64,000 nucleotides of DNA from Phaeosaccion multiseriatum (taxonomy: Eukaryota; Protista; Ochrophyta, other classes). The number at the start of each line of letters is the position of its first letter. The stretch's first letter is position 1. The stretch covers positions 2,294,001-2,358,000 of the forward strand of contig OZ218957.1 in NCBI GenBank assembly GCA_965112735.1, read 5' to 3'. Shown here piece after piece: positions 43,103-56,627 of this stretch. The notes below the pieces were generated by a model. The model ran no database searches. It saw nothing but the letters and a program-made list of their open reading frames with translations, and was not told the origin of the DNA. The translations under genes were made by a program, and so were the position numbers.

Positions 43103-45304
43103 CTATTGGGGCGGGGCGATGATAGCCTGTAACTCCCGCAGCAGCTCCTCCCCCTCCTCCTCTGCGTAGGCCGTGCGCCCCCCGGGGAGGTGCTTGGCCA
43201 CCTCCTTCCGGTCGAGGTAAAAACCGCCGGATGTCAGCACTGCCCCCTTCCCCTCCCCCTCCTTCTCTCCCTCCCCAGCTACCGCCACAGCCGCCAGCCA
43301 CGAAACCGTATCTGCCCCTTCCTCGGGGCGGCGCAGCTTGGCCTTGAACGTGTTGTGAAAGGATGGCATGGAGGCGGCAAGAGTGGCTGTGTCCACCCAA
43401 CCCGGGTGCATGGAGAGGAAGGTCACACCCGATGATGCCGTGTGTTTCCGCGCCCATACCTCTGTCAGGGCCACTTGCATACGCTTACAGATGGCGTACA
43501 CCGTCTCGTGGTTGTCATCCTTCGTGCCCTGCCCAAGGTGGGGGAGTTGAAGCGGACGGATGGGTGGGTTGGGTGGGTGGGTGCGTGGGCGAGTCAGTGG
43601 GTGCCTTGGTGGGTGGGTGGTTACGTGGTTGGGTGAGTGGGTGAGTGGGTGGGTGGGTGGGTGGGTGGGAACTCGTATCGTATCTCAAAATATGCTCAGA
43701 GGGTGCTCATCCTCCGTCAGCCACCGGCACGCCCCAGTCCTCTCTCACTCTCGCTATTTCTTCTCTCCCTGCCTCTCTCTTCTCTACCTCCCCCTCTCTC
43801 CATCTCCCTCTTCCTCCCTACGTGTCTCTCTGCCTCTCTCTCCCTCTCCCTCCCCCCCCCTGCCCCTCCCTCTCCCTGCCTCTCTCCTTCCTCGTCTTCC
43901 CTCCACCTTCCTCTCCCCGTCTCTCCCTCCCTTTCCCTCTCTCTTCCTCTACCTCTACCTCCCTACCTCTCTCTCTCCCTCTCCCTCCCCCCGCCCTGCT
44001 CCTCCTCCCTCTCCCTGCTTCTCTCTTCTCTCTCCCCACACAGCCGCTGCCTGAAAGCCTTCTCCCCGCCCACCCACCTGCACCAGGCTGTCGACAGCAA
44101 GCTCCAGTCCCTGCAGCAGCATCCCCCCGGAGGACACTGTGATGACTCGCGAAGGTGCCCCAAGCCGAAGGAGAGGCAGAAGGCCCTCTGTAAGCACTAC
44201 GGTACCTAGGGTGTTGGTGGCAAAATTCACCTCCGCACGGTCTCGCTCCCTCCCTCCCTCCGCCACATCTTTTGGGTCTCCAGTACGATTGCTGCCGCTG
44301 CTGCTGCCGCGGTTAGCTCCTTTGACACACCATCCCGGGGCTTTGACGCCTCCGTGAACCATGCATCCTGGAGGGCGCACGAAGAGTGCAACATATTACA
44401 GTCGGCCCTGGAAGAGGTTACAGTGTGCGCCGGTCATAATCAGTAATCAGGCCGGCTGGCGCCAATAATCAGTAATCAGGCCGGCTAGCGCCCGTCATAA
44501 TCAGTAATCAGGCCGGCTGGCGCCGGTCATAATCAGTAATCAGACCCGGCTGGCGCCATAATCAGTAATCAGGCCCGGCTGGCGCCATAATCAGTAATCA
44601 GGCCGGCTGCGCCGGCCGTAATCAGTAATCTGATAACCTCTTCCAGGGCCGATTACAGAGCAGCATTGTCAAAAAAAATAATAATAATAATGAAGAGGAG
44701 AGAGGGCACAGAGAGAGAGACAGACAGAGAGCTCGAGCGACAGCACCTGCGTTGTTGACCAGGCAGTGGAGGGGCTGCTTGGCGTCGCACAGCTGCTTCA
44801 CAAGCGCCCGGATGCTCTGCAGATTGGACAGGTCGCAGATGGAGAGCTTGAGGTTGTCGGGGCTGCAGCCCGTAAGGGACACTATCTCCTGCACAGCGGC
44901 CTCGCCTCGGTCCCGATTTCGGCAAATGAGACGGACTACCGCACCTGAGCAGCCAAGAAAGACGGTGTTTGGTTGGTGCTTGTAAGGATCGAGTTGTTTG
45001 TCATTTTGTCCTTTTACCCTTGGAAGCGAGAGTTTTGGCGGCAGAGAAGCCGATGCCCTGATTTGCCCCCGTAATGGCTATATGCTTCCCCGTGAGATCC
45101 ACCTCCATGTCTTGGGCGCGGAAGGTGACCGAGTGCCTATCGAAGCCGCCCTGCGGGAGGAGAAGTGCGTGGGGAACAAGCAAGGTGAAAAAAAAAATTC
45201 CGTGTTTCCTTTGCCAGCCGTGCCCGTACCTTTGTGAAGTCACGGAGAGCGAGGGAGAGCCATGCCGTCATACGCCATGCTGATATCACGCCGCCCATCA
45301 CCAT
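43103..45304 (-). CDS. DHRS12: Short-chain dehydrogenase/reductase, DHRS12-like
   Basis: TGANQGIG, LVNNAG, NFATNTLG, VITVSSGG, catalytic YAICK, MHPGWVDT, FYLDR. Confidence 0.85.
44430..44628. repeat. Intronic minisatellite, ~29-32-bp unit (CATAATCAGTAATCAGGCCGGCTGGCGCC)
   Basis: About 6 tandem copies in an SDR intron. Confidence 0.85.
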
Positions 45305-45652
45305 TTCTCCTTCTTTTTGCGGAAGGAGGGGATCAGGCCGCGCTGATTCATCATTCATCAGCTAGGAAGCCAGCTAACCCTTTTCTTAGGGGAAGAATAA
45401 TCACTGACTTAGGGTTACCTCACCGCCTCTCCACAACCCACGGCCCCTGAACCTCTCAACAACACATCGTCTGCAAGAAAGAGAGAGAGAGAGAGCTGCT
45501 CCAGCGTGCTAGCAGTCTTGTAGCTGAGGTGACCGCTGCCTTTGATGAACCGCTTGAAGGTTGCCTGTCCCGCCTGAGAGAGAGAGAGAAAGGAAAGAAA
45601 ACGAGAAGGTAGAAGGTAAAGCCCCCAACGATATCCCCCAACAGAGAGATAT

Positions 45653-46309
45653 ATGGATGTTGAGAATGAGGGCATGCCAGACCCGCGGCAACTTGCACAC
45701 GGGACAGACTTCGGAGAGGGGGTAGGTGGTGCAGCAAGAGGGGCAGGCGCAGCGGCTGCTGCGCCAACGGGGGCTCACTTTGCGTGGTCAATGCCCGTGA
45801 GGGCTTCCTCTTTGGGGCTGGTAGATGACGCTGGCCCACCGCAGGAAGGTGGCTTCGGGGTCGTGATGGCGCAAGGAGCAGCAGCAGCAGCAGCAGCAGC
45901 AACGGCGGCGGCCACAGCTGGAGGGGGGTTGGGGGTGCAGCACGACGAGGAGGATGCGGAGATGGAGGCGGAGATAGAGGGGGAGGCGGAGGAGGAGGCG
46001 GAGGAGATTCTCGCTGTGCCCCAGCTGCAGCAGCAGGCGGCCAGCACAGTGGCCGTGGAGGACGTCCTTGCCATCCTTATCCGCGCCTGGCCCGTATGTG
46101 ACCTGTGGGGCCTCTCTCGGGGTACGGAGGCCAATACCCCTCGAGGTATCGTTGTGCACGATTCCATCCCCGAGGACGCTCTCACAGACCTGCTCAACGC
46201 CTCTGCGGAGAAGCGCTTCCCCCTCGTCAAGGTGCGTCTCGGCATGACGAAGGCGGAGGTGGAGGCGGCGGAGGAGGGCAACAACAACAGCAACAACACC
46301 AACACCACC

Positions 46310-46378
<69 letters not shown>

Positions 46379-46411
46379 AACAACAACAATAACAATAACA
46401 ACAACAACAAT

Positions 46412-46453
<42 letters not shown>

Positions 46454-49400
46454 AACAACGACGATAACAACGCGGCGGCGGCGGTAGCGGAGGAAGGGGA
46501 GGAAGACAGTATGATCCCGCGTTTGCTGGCGGTACTGCCCCCCTTCAAGGAGCTGAGAGTGACTCGCTATGTCAATCAGCCGCTGCCGCTGCCCGTGTCT
46601 GGCCTGCTAGAAACCATCAAGTTCGACCCGGTGAGTGTGTGTGTGTGTGTGTGTTGAGAAAGAGTGCGGTGGAGGGACGTAGGCATGGGCAAGTGTGTCT
46701 GTGATTGAAGTGAGGGAAGGGAAGCTGGTGGAGTCAGTCCCAAACCAATCCTCCACCCTCTCCCTTCGCTGGGCGATTGGTGTTCCATCATCCTCCCAAA
46801 CCTGCACCTCGAACCAAAACCGCCACACCTCTCACTGATTTATGCTCTCTTGCTCCCCCCCCCCTCTCTCTCCCTCCCTCCCTCCCTCCCTCCCTCCCTC
46901 TCTCTCTCTCTCTCTTTCTGTGCTCCTTGTCCCTACCATGGCATGCTATTAGGAGGGCCGCTTCAACTGCCCGCTGGACCTTCCCAAGGGTCTAAAGACA
47001 CTTGTTCTCAGCGACAGTTTCAATCAGCCACTTACTCTCCCCTTCAGCCTCCGTACCCTGGTCCTGGGCCGGGACTTTAACCTCCCCCTTGTCCTCCCCA
47101 AAGGCCTCAAAGACGTTACATTTTCCGAACTGTACAACCAACGCGTCACCTTCCCCTCCTCGGTCAAGAGGATAAAGTTTGGCCGATTTTTCAATCAAGC
47201 GTCTGTCCTGCCCGACGGGCTCAAGGACCTCACTTTCGGTATGATGCGGGTTGGGTGGATGGGTGGATGGGTGGGCGGACGGGTGGGTGGGTCGGTGGGT
47301 GGGTTCGTGGGTGGGTGGGTGGGTGGGTGGGTGGGTGGGTGGGTGGGTGGGTGGGTTGGTGGGTGCGAGACAGTTAGAACGAACGCGGTTGCTCACTGAT
47401 CCTGCTTCGCTCCGCTCTCATGCTGTGAATGACTGACTGACTGACTTTGGGCTGACCGACTGACTGACTGACTGACTGACTTGGGGCTGACTGACTGACT
47501 GACTGACTGACTGACTGACTGACTGACTTGGGGCTGACCGACTGACTGACTGACTGACTGACTGACCGACTTGGGGCTGACCGACTGACTGACTGACCGA
47601 CTGACCGACTGACTGACTGACTGACTGGCTGACTGACTTGGGGCTCACCTCGTTTCGCTACACTTCCTTTCTTATAAAGGGCTGGATGGTACACTCAATG
47701 CATTGCTTGCGGTGCGCTCTGCACTCGCTCCATGTCGGCAGGCCATTTGACACGCAAAGGTGTCCACATGTGTCCTCTTCTCCCCTTACCCCTCTCGCTC
47801 ACCCTCACCCTCCATCTCCCCTGCGCCCCACTTTGTCTTCTCTTACGGCTTCGCTCTTCAGGCTCTGAGTTTTCCTTACCCATACACCTGCCCGAAGGCT
47901 TGGAATCTTTGTCCTTCGGTTCCTTTTTCAACCAGTCTTTCAGGCCGCCTCCCTCTTTGAAGAGGCTCGTCCTGGGGTACGTACAGCAGTTGGTGATACG
48001 CGCAGCAAGGGGAGGTTAAGGGGAGTGGAAGGGCGGTGTAACGTGCAAGTCAGGCAGGTGGCCAGACAGGCAGCCAAACACATGGACAGGAAGCTATCCA
48101 TATCCCTACCCAAACCTCCAACCTTGCTTCCCCACCACCTCCCTTAGGCCTCAGTCCCCCTCCCCTTGCCCCGCTTCCCCCCTGGGTGGATCACGATGTC
48201 GGCATCTGCCGCCCCCCGCCTGAATCTCTCTCTCTCTCTCTTTTTCTGTCTCTCCCTCACTCTCTCTCTCTCTGTATATCTCTCCCTCCCGCTCTCTCCG
48301 TATGTCTCTTATCTCCCTCCCACTCTCTGTATGTATATGTATCTCTCTCTTCCTCCCTCCAATAGCTGGAAGTTCAATCAGCATCTGGACGACCTGCCCG
48401 AGGACCTGGAGAGCCTCACAGTTGGCTTTGCGTACAACCAACCAACAAAACTGCCGCGCGGGCTCAAAGTGGTCGAGTTTGGGTGGTCGTTCAATCACGA
48501 AATCACGTTTCCAGATACCGCCATGTGGAGAATCGTGCTAGGTGCGTTGTCGTGTTGGTGCTCGCTGACTGTGCGTGTACGTATGGGGGGGGGGGGGGGT
48601 TGTTTGTGTGGCACCAGTGTTTATGACAGCTCCCTGCTGGTCCTCCCTGCGCAGCCTTGCTCAATACTTCCTTCTCTCTCCCTCTCTCTCTCGCAGTCTC
48701 TCTTCCCCTCTCGTTCGCTCACTTGCTCTATCTCTCTGTCCTTCTCTCTCCCTCCCTCTCTCTTTGTCTGTCTCTCGCTGTCTCACCCCTTCTCTCTTCC
48801 TCTCTCCCTCCCTCCCTCTTGGTCTGTCTCTCGCTCTCCTCCTGCACTCAACCCCCTCCCTCCACAGGGCACAGCTTCAACCGCCGGGTGTCCCTCCCTT
48901 CCAAGGGCGTCAAGTGTATTCGTTTCGGATCGGCCTTTAATGAAGAGGTGCACTTGCCCGAGGGGATTGAGGAGCTCAGCTTCGGTGCGTTGCGTACTAT
49001 TTCACATGCCACGTAATAGCGTCAGTTTCAGTAGAGTTTGAGTTTGAGTGTATTCGGCGCTATCCTGTTATACCACTGGCAATGAGTCCATGTAATGATG
49101 AGCGTGCAGCGAGGGGGGGACGGATGGCATTGGATGGCATCGGTTGCCATCGTTAGTTGCTTGAATGCGGAGACAATGAGGGGGGATGAGGAAGTTGACA
49201 TCTCTTGTCTCTGCGAACCGCTCCTACCTCTTGTCCTCCTCCTCTTCTTCTTCTCCTCCTCCTCCTCCTCCTCCTCCTCCTCCTCCTCCCCCTCCTCTTC
49301 TCCTCTTCTCCTCCTCCTCATCCTTCTTCTCCTTCTCCTCCTCCTCCATCTTCTTCTTGTCCTTCTTGTTCTTCTTCTTCTTCTTCTTCTTCTTCTTCTT

Positions 49401-50239
49401 CTTCTTCTTCTTCTTCTTCTTCTTCTTCTTCTTCTCCTTCTCCTCCTCTTTTTCTCCTCCTCCTCATCCTTCTTCTCCTCCTCCTCCTTCTTCTTCTTCT
49501 TCTTCTTCTTCTTCTTCTTCTTCTTCTTCTTCTCTTCTTCTTTTCTTCTTTTTCTCTTCTTCTTCTTCTTCTTCTTCTTCTTCTTCTTCTTCTTCTCCTT
49601 CTCCTCCTCTTTTTCTCCTCCTCCTCATCCTTCTTCTCCTCCTCCTTCTTCTTCTTCTTCTTCTTCTTCTTCTTCTTCTTCTTCTTCTTCTCTTCTTCTT
49701 TTCTTCTTTTTCTCTTCTTCTTCTTCTTCTTCTTCTTCTTCTTCTTCTTCTTCTTCTTCTTCTTCTTCTTCTTCTTCTTCTTCTTCTTCTTCTTCTTCTT
49801 CTTGTTCTTCTTCTTTTTTCTTTGTTTCTTCTTCTTCTTCTTCTCCTCTTCCTCCTCACCCCCCCCCCCCTTCCCCTCCCCACTCCTACTCCCCCCTCTC
49901 AAAGGCTACTTCTTCAATCGACGCGTGACGCTCCCAGCGGGACTGCTGAAGGTCGAATTCGGCTGTGAATTTAACCACCCTGTCGAGCTACCCGAAGGGC
50001 TCACGCAGGTTCGTGGATTTGAAGGACGACAGCCTAAGTAAGGCACAGCCTCTTTCATCGGAAGCCGGTCCCAGCGGCAAACCCCTTCCTTTCAACGGAC
50101 ACGCACACCACACTCTCTCTCTCGCCTCCACCCGTTTGTACTCCCGTTTCCTCGCCTCCTGCACTTACCTCTCTCTCTCTTCTTGTTGGACCCGCTGTGC
50201 TGTTGTGTTGTTGTGTTGTTGCTACACTGTGCTGTTCTC

Positions 50240-50277
<38 letters not shown>

Positions 50278-50284
50278 TTCTTTT

Positions 50285-50317
<33 letters not shown>

Positions 50318-50322
50318 TTCTT

Positions 50323-50359
<37 letters not shown>

Positions 50360-50361
50360 TT

Positions 50362-50405
<44 letters not shown>

Positions 50406-50689
50406 CTCTCTCTTGCTCTCTCTCTTGCCCTCTCTCTGTCTCTCTCTTTCTCTCTCTCTCTCTCTGTCTGTCTCTCTCTCTCACCCCCTTCACTCTCCTG
50501 CCTCTCCTCTTCCTCAACAAGGTGTCGTTTGGGGTAGACTTCCACCAAAAGATCGTCCTCCCCCAGAGCATCAAGAAGGCCTCCTTTGACGCCGACTTCC
50601 CCGATGCCTACATTCAGATGCCACCGGGCCACACACAGGCACTCCGAGAGGAGAGGCACTTCGGGTCCAGATGCCTCTACTTCTCCTGA
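45653..50689 (+). CDS. FNIP-repeat (LRR-like) protein with poly-Asn tract, 7 exons
   Basis: ~20-aa repeats FNQPL.LP.SL..L.FG. Exons 45653-46630, 46953-47238, 47862-47976, 48366-48541, 48868-48984, 49905-50008, 50522-50689. Confidence 0.85.
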
Positions 50690-51465
50690 GGAGGGGAGGG
50701 AGGGATGGCAGTGGATGACGATGGACGGGAGGGGAGGAAGATATAGACAGATAGATAGAGATGGATTGATAGATGAATAGATGGAACGATAGATACATCG
50801 AGAAGGGGGCGAAAATGGCTTTGGTGTTTTATATGGTAGGTCAGTGCGTGTACGGTGTTGGCGTGCTTGCCTCTCCATGTGACGGTACCCAGGGCAGCGG
50901 TACTGTATGGCAATCGAGGCTCGCTTGGCTGCAGCCCCCCTCTCAGCGCACTCACTCACTCACTCACCCACACTCACTCACTCACTCACTCACTCACTCA
51001 CCCACACTCACTCACTCACTCACCCACACTCACTCACTCACTCACCCACCCACACTCACTCACTCACTCACTCACTCACTCGCTCTCTCCCAGGACAGGG
51101 GGTGGATAATCTGGCGTGTGTGCGTATGGGTGGGTAGACGTGTGTGTGTTTGGGTCCGTGGGGCGCCATCTGCTGGGGGATGCTGATCTGACACCACCGG
51201 TTGCGTATCAATCGCCCACGGTTTTGCATCTATCGTTGGACTACAGCAGCACCGAGGGGGGGGTTGTTGTTTTGGATGGAGGTAGAGGGTGCGTTCAGGG
51301 GGGGTGGGTACGTCGTTTCGGAGGGAAGGGGGTTGACGGATAATACGAATAATGGATGTGGTGATTTGGTTATTGTTATACTACGAAGTAATTGTTATTG
51401 TAAAACAGCGGCTTTTAACACTCCAGCGTGGCCCACACAGGCGACTTTTCCCACTCCACAACCAC

Positions 51466-51567
51466 CTATTGACTCCTTCTACTTCCACCCACAGCCCTCT
51501 CGACCTTCATCGACCGACCAGCAGCGTCCTTCCAAGCGCATAACACACCGTCGCAGCATTTCTCCAT
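51466..51567 (-). pseudogene. Captured 5' fragment of the carboxylesterase gene
   Basis: MEKCCDGVLCAWKDAAGRSMKVERAVGGS, stopping after 33 codons, versus MERSSDSVLCAWNDAAGRPMKVERAVGGS at 26599. Confidence 0.8.
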
Positions 51568-51798
51568 GGCAGTAGCGTCGTCTGTAGGAGAAAGAAAAGG
51601 AATGACCGGAAAGAGGGTCGAGGGCGTGTTGGTTGTTCAAGAATCTGTGATCCGCCGGGCGCGCCTCGCCGCGGCGGCGCGGGCAAGGGATGCAGAGTGT
51701 TTATATAAATTGGGTCCGCAAGGCCAAGGCGATCAAACACCCGGAGTCTTTATTTCGCAACTTACACGATGGTTGAAGAGAAGTGGGTAGAGAGTGGA

Positions 51799-52815
51799 TC
51801 AGTCTTGGCAGTTGCAGGGGTGTCCATTTGCGTGCACCCACTGCTTCATCTCCTCAAAGGCGGCAGGGGGCATATCCCAGTCAGCAACAAGATGATATTT
51901 CACGTACTGCGGGCATACCCCCGCATGCCAGGGAGACATGACCTCGTCCGATCGGAGCCATTTCAGCATGGAGAGGCTCTTGGCGCCAAGAACTGCGCAA
52001 ATACACACACTTTCATCCCACCTGCACAGCTCCCGTGCGTTTGCATGCAACCATTGCAGCACTTCCAGATTGCCTGCGTCGGCCGCGTCTTTAGGCCCAG
52101 CCCTCCACGGGCTGTAGTGCCCTTCCGCCTCCATATGAGCTCTGACTGTGGGTTGTTGGACAAGCATTTCCAGTACTTCAATGCGCCCCGCCATCACAGC
52201 CTGCCGCCACATCGAAAGGTACGGAGGCAACTCAAACTCTTCGGACAGGAGCCACTCCACAACCTCCACATTGCCGCACTTGCCAGCTTCACCATCGACG
52301 CAATCTTGAGACCAAGGACACTGCTCCTTCACAGGGAAGTCCTCGGATCGCAGCCACTTGAGGACACGCAGCCCATGCCTAGCATTCCTCACAGCGGCTT
52401 TGCAGACCTCTTCGTCCCAGGGACATTCCATACTGTGAAGCTCCTCGCACACGCTCAAATCTCCGTACTCTGCGGCAGCCTCGAAAGTGCTCACACTCAG
52501 CTCGTACCCACATTCCTCCTTGGCCAACTGGACGCGCTTGACAGAGCCCACCACGCTTTGATGGGAGGTTTCGAGTGAAGGATACGTCGCGGTATATGCT
52601 TCTTGCCACTCCTTACACACGGTGGCGACGAAGACGTGATGGCCATTCCCCACAAGGGGCATGACTCTCCGCAGGACCTCCTCCATCCCCAAGGCCTTGG
52701 CACTAGCCACGTAGGTCTCCTGGGCCACAGCAGCTTCATCACCAGTCCCTGCGGCATTGTTATGCGCACCTACGCTGCTGCCCAAGCACTGCCTCTTGGA
52801 GGTCGCCTCCGCCAT
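51799..52815 (-). CDS. Intronless CPW-type ankyrin-like repeat protein, type B (B3, unpaired)
   Basis: MAEATSKRQC...GHPCNCQD, collinear with B1 and B2. Confidence 0.85.
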   Translation of the reverse strand: MAEATSKRQCLGSSVGAHNNAAGTGDEAAVAQETYVASAKALGMEEVLRRVMPLVGNGHHVFVATVCKEWQEAYTATYPSLETSHQSVVGSVKRVQLAKEECGYELSVSTFEAAAEYGDLSVCEELHSMECPWDEEVCKAAVRNARHGLRVLKWLRSEDFPVKEQCPWSQDCVDGEAGKCGNVEVVEWLLSEEFELPPYLSMWRQAVMAGRIEVLEMLVQQPTVRAHMEAEGHYSPWRAGPKDAADAGNLEVLQWLHANARELCRWDESVCICAVLGAKSLSMLKWLRSDEVMSPWHAGVCPQYVKYHLVADWDMPPAAFEEMKQWVHANGHPCNCQD

Positions 52816-53105
52816 CCTGAGTCTAGCAGTGTTGCTCCCCCCGGTTGCTCCCCCCGATTTAAATCCTCCCCACCTCGCGCAGCGGCGCCTCCAGGTGATG
52901 GCAGCAATGAAGCAACAGCAGGAGAACAAGGGTCTAGAGGATAGGTTTAGAGCCGATGACGAGTCGGAGGGATACTATCTCGGGGCTAAGTCATCCCCAG
53001 GGCGGTGAGGCGTTACTTTTAGACAACCATAGATGGCACTTAAAGGGTGGGAAAAAAACAAATTCCCCAATCGCCCCACACGAGCTACGGAATTTTCATC
53101 TTAAA

Positions 53106-53615
53106 CGATGGATCGGTTAAGGAAGAAGGTGCGTGGCGATATGGATAGAAGGATCAAGATGCTGCCTATCACAAATGCTGCTTCTGCCGCTGGTGCTAGT
53201 GTTGCTGCTGCTGCATTTAATTCCTCCCTTCCTCCCTCCTCTCCCCTCTCTTCCCTTCTTCTTCCTCCCTGTTCCGAGCAGAAGGATCCCGATCGGGAGG
53301 AGGCAAAGGCGCCCATCTCCAGGGGCTTCAGAGAAGGAGAGGCGCCTCCGGGCTACGAAACGATGGGCCGGTTTAGGATGAAGGTGCGTCGCGATATGGG
53401 TAGAAGGATCAAGATGCTGCCTATCACAAATGCTGCTTCTGCCGCTGCTGCTACTGTTGCTGCTGCTGCGGTTCATTCCTCCCCTCCTCCCTCCCATCCC
53501 CTCTCTTCACTTCATCTTCCTCCCTGTTCCGCGCAAAAGGATCCCGATCGGGAGGAGGCGAAGGCGCCCATCTCCAGGGGCTTCAGCGAAGGAGAGGCGC
53601 CTCCGGGCTACGAGA
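53106..53615 (+). repeat. In-frame 255-bp tandem duplication at the channel N-terminus
   Basis: 53106-53360 versus 53361-53615. Both encode M.R.R.KVR.DM.RRIKMLPITNAA...EAPPGYE. Confidence 0.9.
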
Positions 53616-54013
53616 AGCCGTCTTGGAAGAAGGCAGCAAAGTTCTACATCAGAGCCTTGCCGCGCAGAGTGAAGGATGACGCTCAGCCCACGGGCTACAG
53701 ACTGGCCGCTATTGGAGAGGAGACAGGAGATGACGGGAAGAGGTCCAAGCTCTATCATCCATGGAGGGTAAGAAAAATGATAAACCTTAGGAATGGGTCA
53801 TCCCTCGGAGGGGAAATAATGTTTCGCTGGAGGGTAAGACCGAACGATAGCATTGGAGAAAGACAACAGTGAAGCAGCTGCTGACCGCTCCCACCCCCCG
53901 TGATCGATTTAAGTGAGGGCAAGGAGCTGAACTGACTAGCACGATCCCATTTCGCCGGGTGGCCCTCTACTTCTGCTCTTCCTCCCCGCGTTTACCTTGT
54001 CGGCTGGCACTAC

Positions 54014-54057
<44 letters not shown>

Positions 54058-56511
54058 GCAGGAAGGATGGGCATCCCTGGATGAGGTACGCGCAAGCAGG
54101 AGGAGGAGGAGGAGGAGGACGAGGAGGAGACGTCTTCCTTTCTTGTATTATTTTCCTTGTTTCGAACATCTTCCGCTTCCTCCTCCTCGTCTTTCTTGTT
54201 CTGTTCTTGTTCTCCTTCTCGTTGCCCCTCCTCCAACCTCTCCCACCCTTTGTTTGTACGTGCACGGTGCCCCTCAGTTCGGCATCGGCATCAGCCTTTA
54301 CTTTAGGATGCTGCTTGTGCTGGTGAGTCTGAGTGAGTAGAGCAGCACGACGAGAGCTTCCACCTCACTACCACCTCTCTACCACCTCTCTACCACCTCT
54401 CTACCACCTCTCTACCACCTCTCTACCACCTCTCTACCACCTCTCTCTCACCTCTCTACCACCTCCCTACCACCTCCCTACCACCTCTCTACCACCTCTC
54501 TCCCACCTCTCTACCACCTCTCTACCACCTCTCTCCCACCTCTCTCCCACCTCTCTACCACCTCCCTACCACCTCTCTACCACCTCTCTACCACCTCTCT
54601 ACCACCTCTCTACCACCTCTCTCCCACCTCTCTACCACCTCTCTACCACCTCTCTACCACCTCTCTACCACCTCTCTACCACCTCTCTACCACCTCTCTA
54701 CCACCTCTCTCCCACCTCTCTACCACCTCTCTACCACTTCTCTACCACCTCTCTACCACCTCTCTACCACCTCTCTACCACCTCTCTACCACCTCTCTAC
54801 CACCTCTCTACCACCTCTCTACCACCCCTCTCCCACCTCTCTACCACCTCTCTACCACCTCTCTCCCACCTCTCTCCCACCTCTCTACCACCTCCCTACC
54901 ACCTCTCTACCACCTCTCTACCACCTCTCTACCACCTCTCTACCACCTCTCTACCACCTCTCTCCCACCTCTCTACCACCTCTCTCCCACCTCTCTACCA
55001 CCTCTCTACCACCTCTCTACCACCTCTCTACCACCTCTCTACCACCTCTCTACCACCTCTCTACCACCTCTCTACCACCTCTCTACCACCTCTCTACCAC
55101 CTCTCTACCACCTCTCACGCTCAATCAAAGGATCGAAATGGCGCAGACACTCACGCACACACACACACACACACACATACACACACACAAACAGTCACAC
55201 AGTCACTTACTCACTCAGTCCCTGCCTTGGTGCGTGTGCGTCCCTGCTCACAGAGTGCGGTGCTATTGGGCTGTGGCCTGCTGTACCTGCCCACCATCCT
55301 CTACAACGCCTCCAAGACCGAACACAGCGATGACCCCTACATATTCGGGTCTGTGCACGGCCTTGATAGACAGAACCTCTCCTTTGCGGTGAGTGTACGC
55401 AAGCAAGCAAGGAAGGAAGGAAGGAAGGAAGGAAGGAAGGGTGGGTGGGTGGGTGGGGTGGGCTATCTCTCATCTCTCTCTGTGTGTTTGTGTGTTTGTG
55501 TGTTTGTGCAGTGTGTGCGTGTTTGTATGGGTGCGTGCAGATGTATGTGTGTGTGTGTTGTGTGGAGACATAGGTGGCAGTGTATGCTTGTGTCTGCTCT
55601 CTCTTCATGCCTGTATATTTTGTGTCTTGTAATAACCCATGTGCAGTAGCCCTCCCCTGTTTCTTTGTTTCATTTGAGTCTCTCGCCTTCTCGCCCTCTT
55701 TCCCTCTCCCCTCTCCCCCCTCTCTCCCACCCCTCCCTCCCTCCGTCTCTCCCTCCCTCCCCCTCCCTTCCCTCCCTACCTCCCTCGCCTCTTCGCCTCT
55801 TTCCCTCTCCCCTCTCCCCCCTCCCTCCACCGTATCGCCAACAGTGGCACGCCGTGTGCGATGTGCTGGTGACCACGGCCCTCATCCTCTTCGCCATTAA
55901 CGCCAAGACGGTTGAAACACGTATGGTGCAGCACATCGACACAAGGCAGCAAAGTCAATCTGACTACACGGTTTGCATCCGCCGTACGTGAGTTAGTAAG
56001 GCAGTGAGGGAGTGGCTTGTTAGTAAGGCAGTGAGGGAGTGGCTTGGGTGACCCATTTGATCCTGACCCTGACCCTGGCCCTGGCCCTTTCCCTGCCCTT
56101 GACCCTGCCCACTGACCTCGAGCCTGAACCCGGACCCCTTACTCTGACCCTGACCCACCCCTCCCTCCCTCCCTCCCTCCCTCCCTCCCTCCCTCCGTTC
56201 CCTCCCTCCCTCCCTTCCTTCCTTCCTCCCTCCCTCCCTCCCTTCCCTCCCTCCCTCCCTCTTTTCCTTCCTCCCTCCCTTCCCTCCCTCCCTCCTTTCC
56301 TTCCTCCCCCTCTCACGCCTCAGCCCGGGATCAGTGAGCGAACCCCAAGAGTACTTCGACCACTACAAGCAGTACGGAGACATTGTCATGGTATCACTGG
56401 TCAAGAACAACGGTGAGAAGCATCATAAGTCAGTGGGTAGAGAGCATAAGTCAGTGAAAGAGGGCGTAAGTCAGGGTGCGTGCCATGCTCTTCTTGGTCC
56501 TCCGTGCGTTG

Positions 56512-56543
<32 letters not shown>

Positions 56544-56588
56544 GTCTCTCTCTCTGTCTCTCTCTCTCTCTTTCTCTCTCTCTCTGTC

Positions 56589-56627
<39 letters not shown>

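Noticed and set aside
49095-50041. Long poly-L/F/S/K/R ORFs
   Set aside because: (CTT)n and (CCT)n microsatellite in an FNIP-gene intron. The same applies to (GGA)n ORFs at ~6150, 17650, 24320 and 35900.
54333-55649. 438-aa repetitive ORF
   Set aside because: Translation of an intronic 11-bp tandem repeat.
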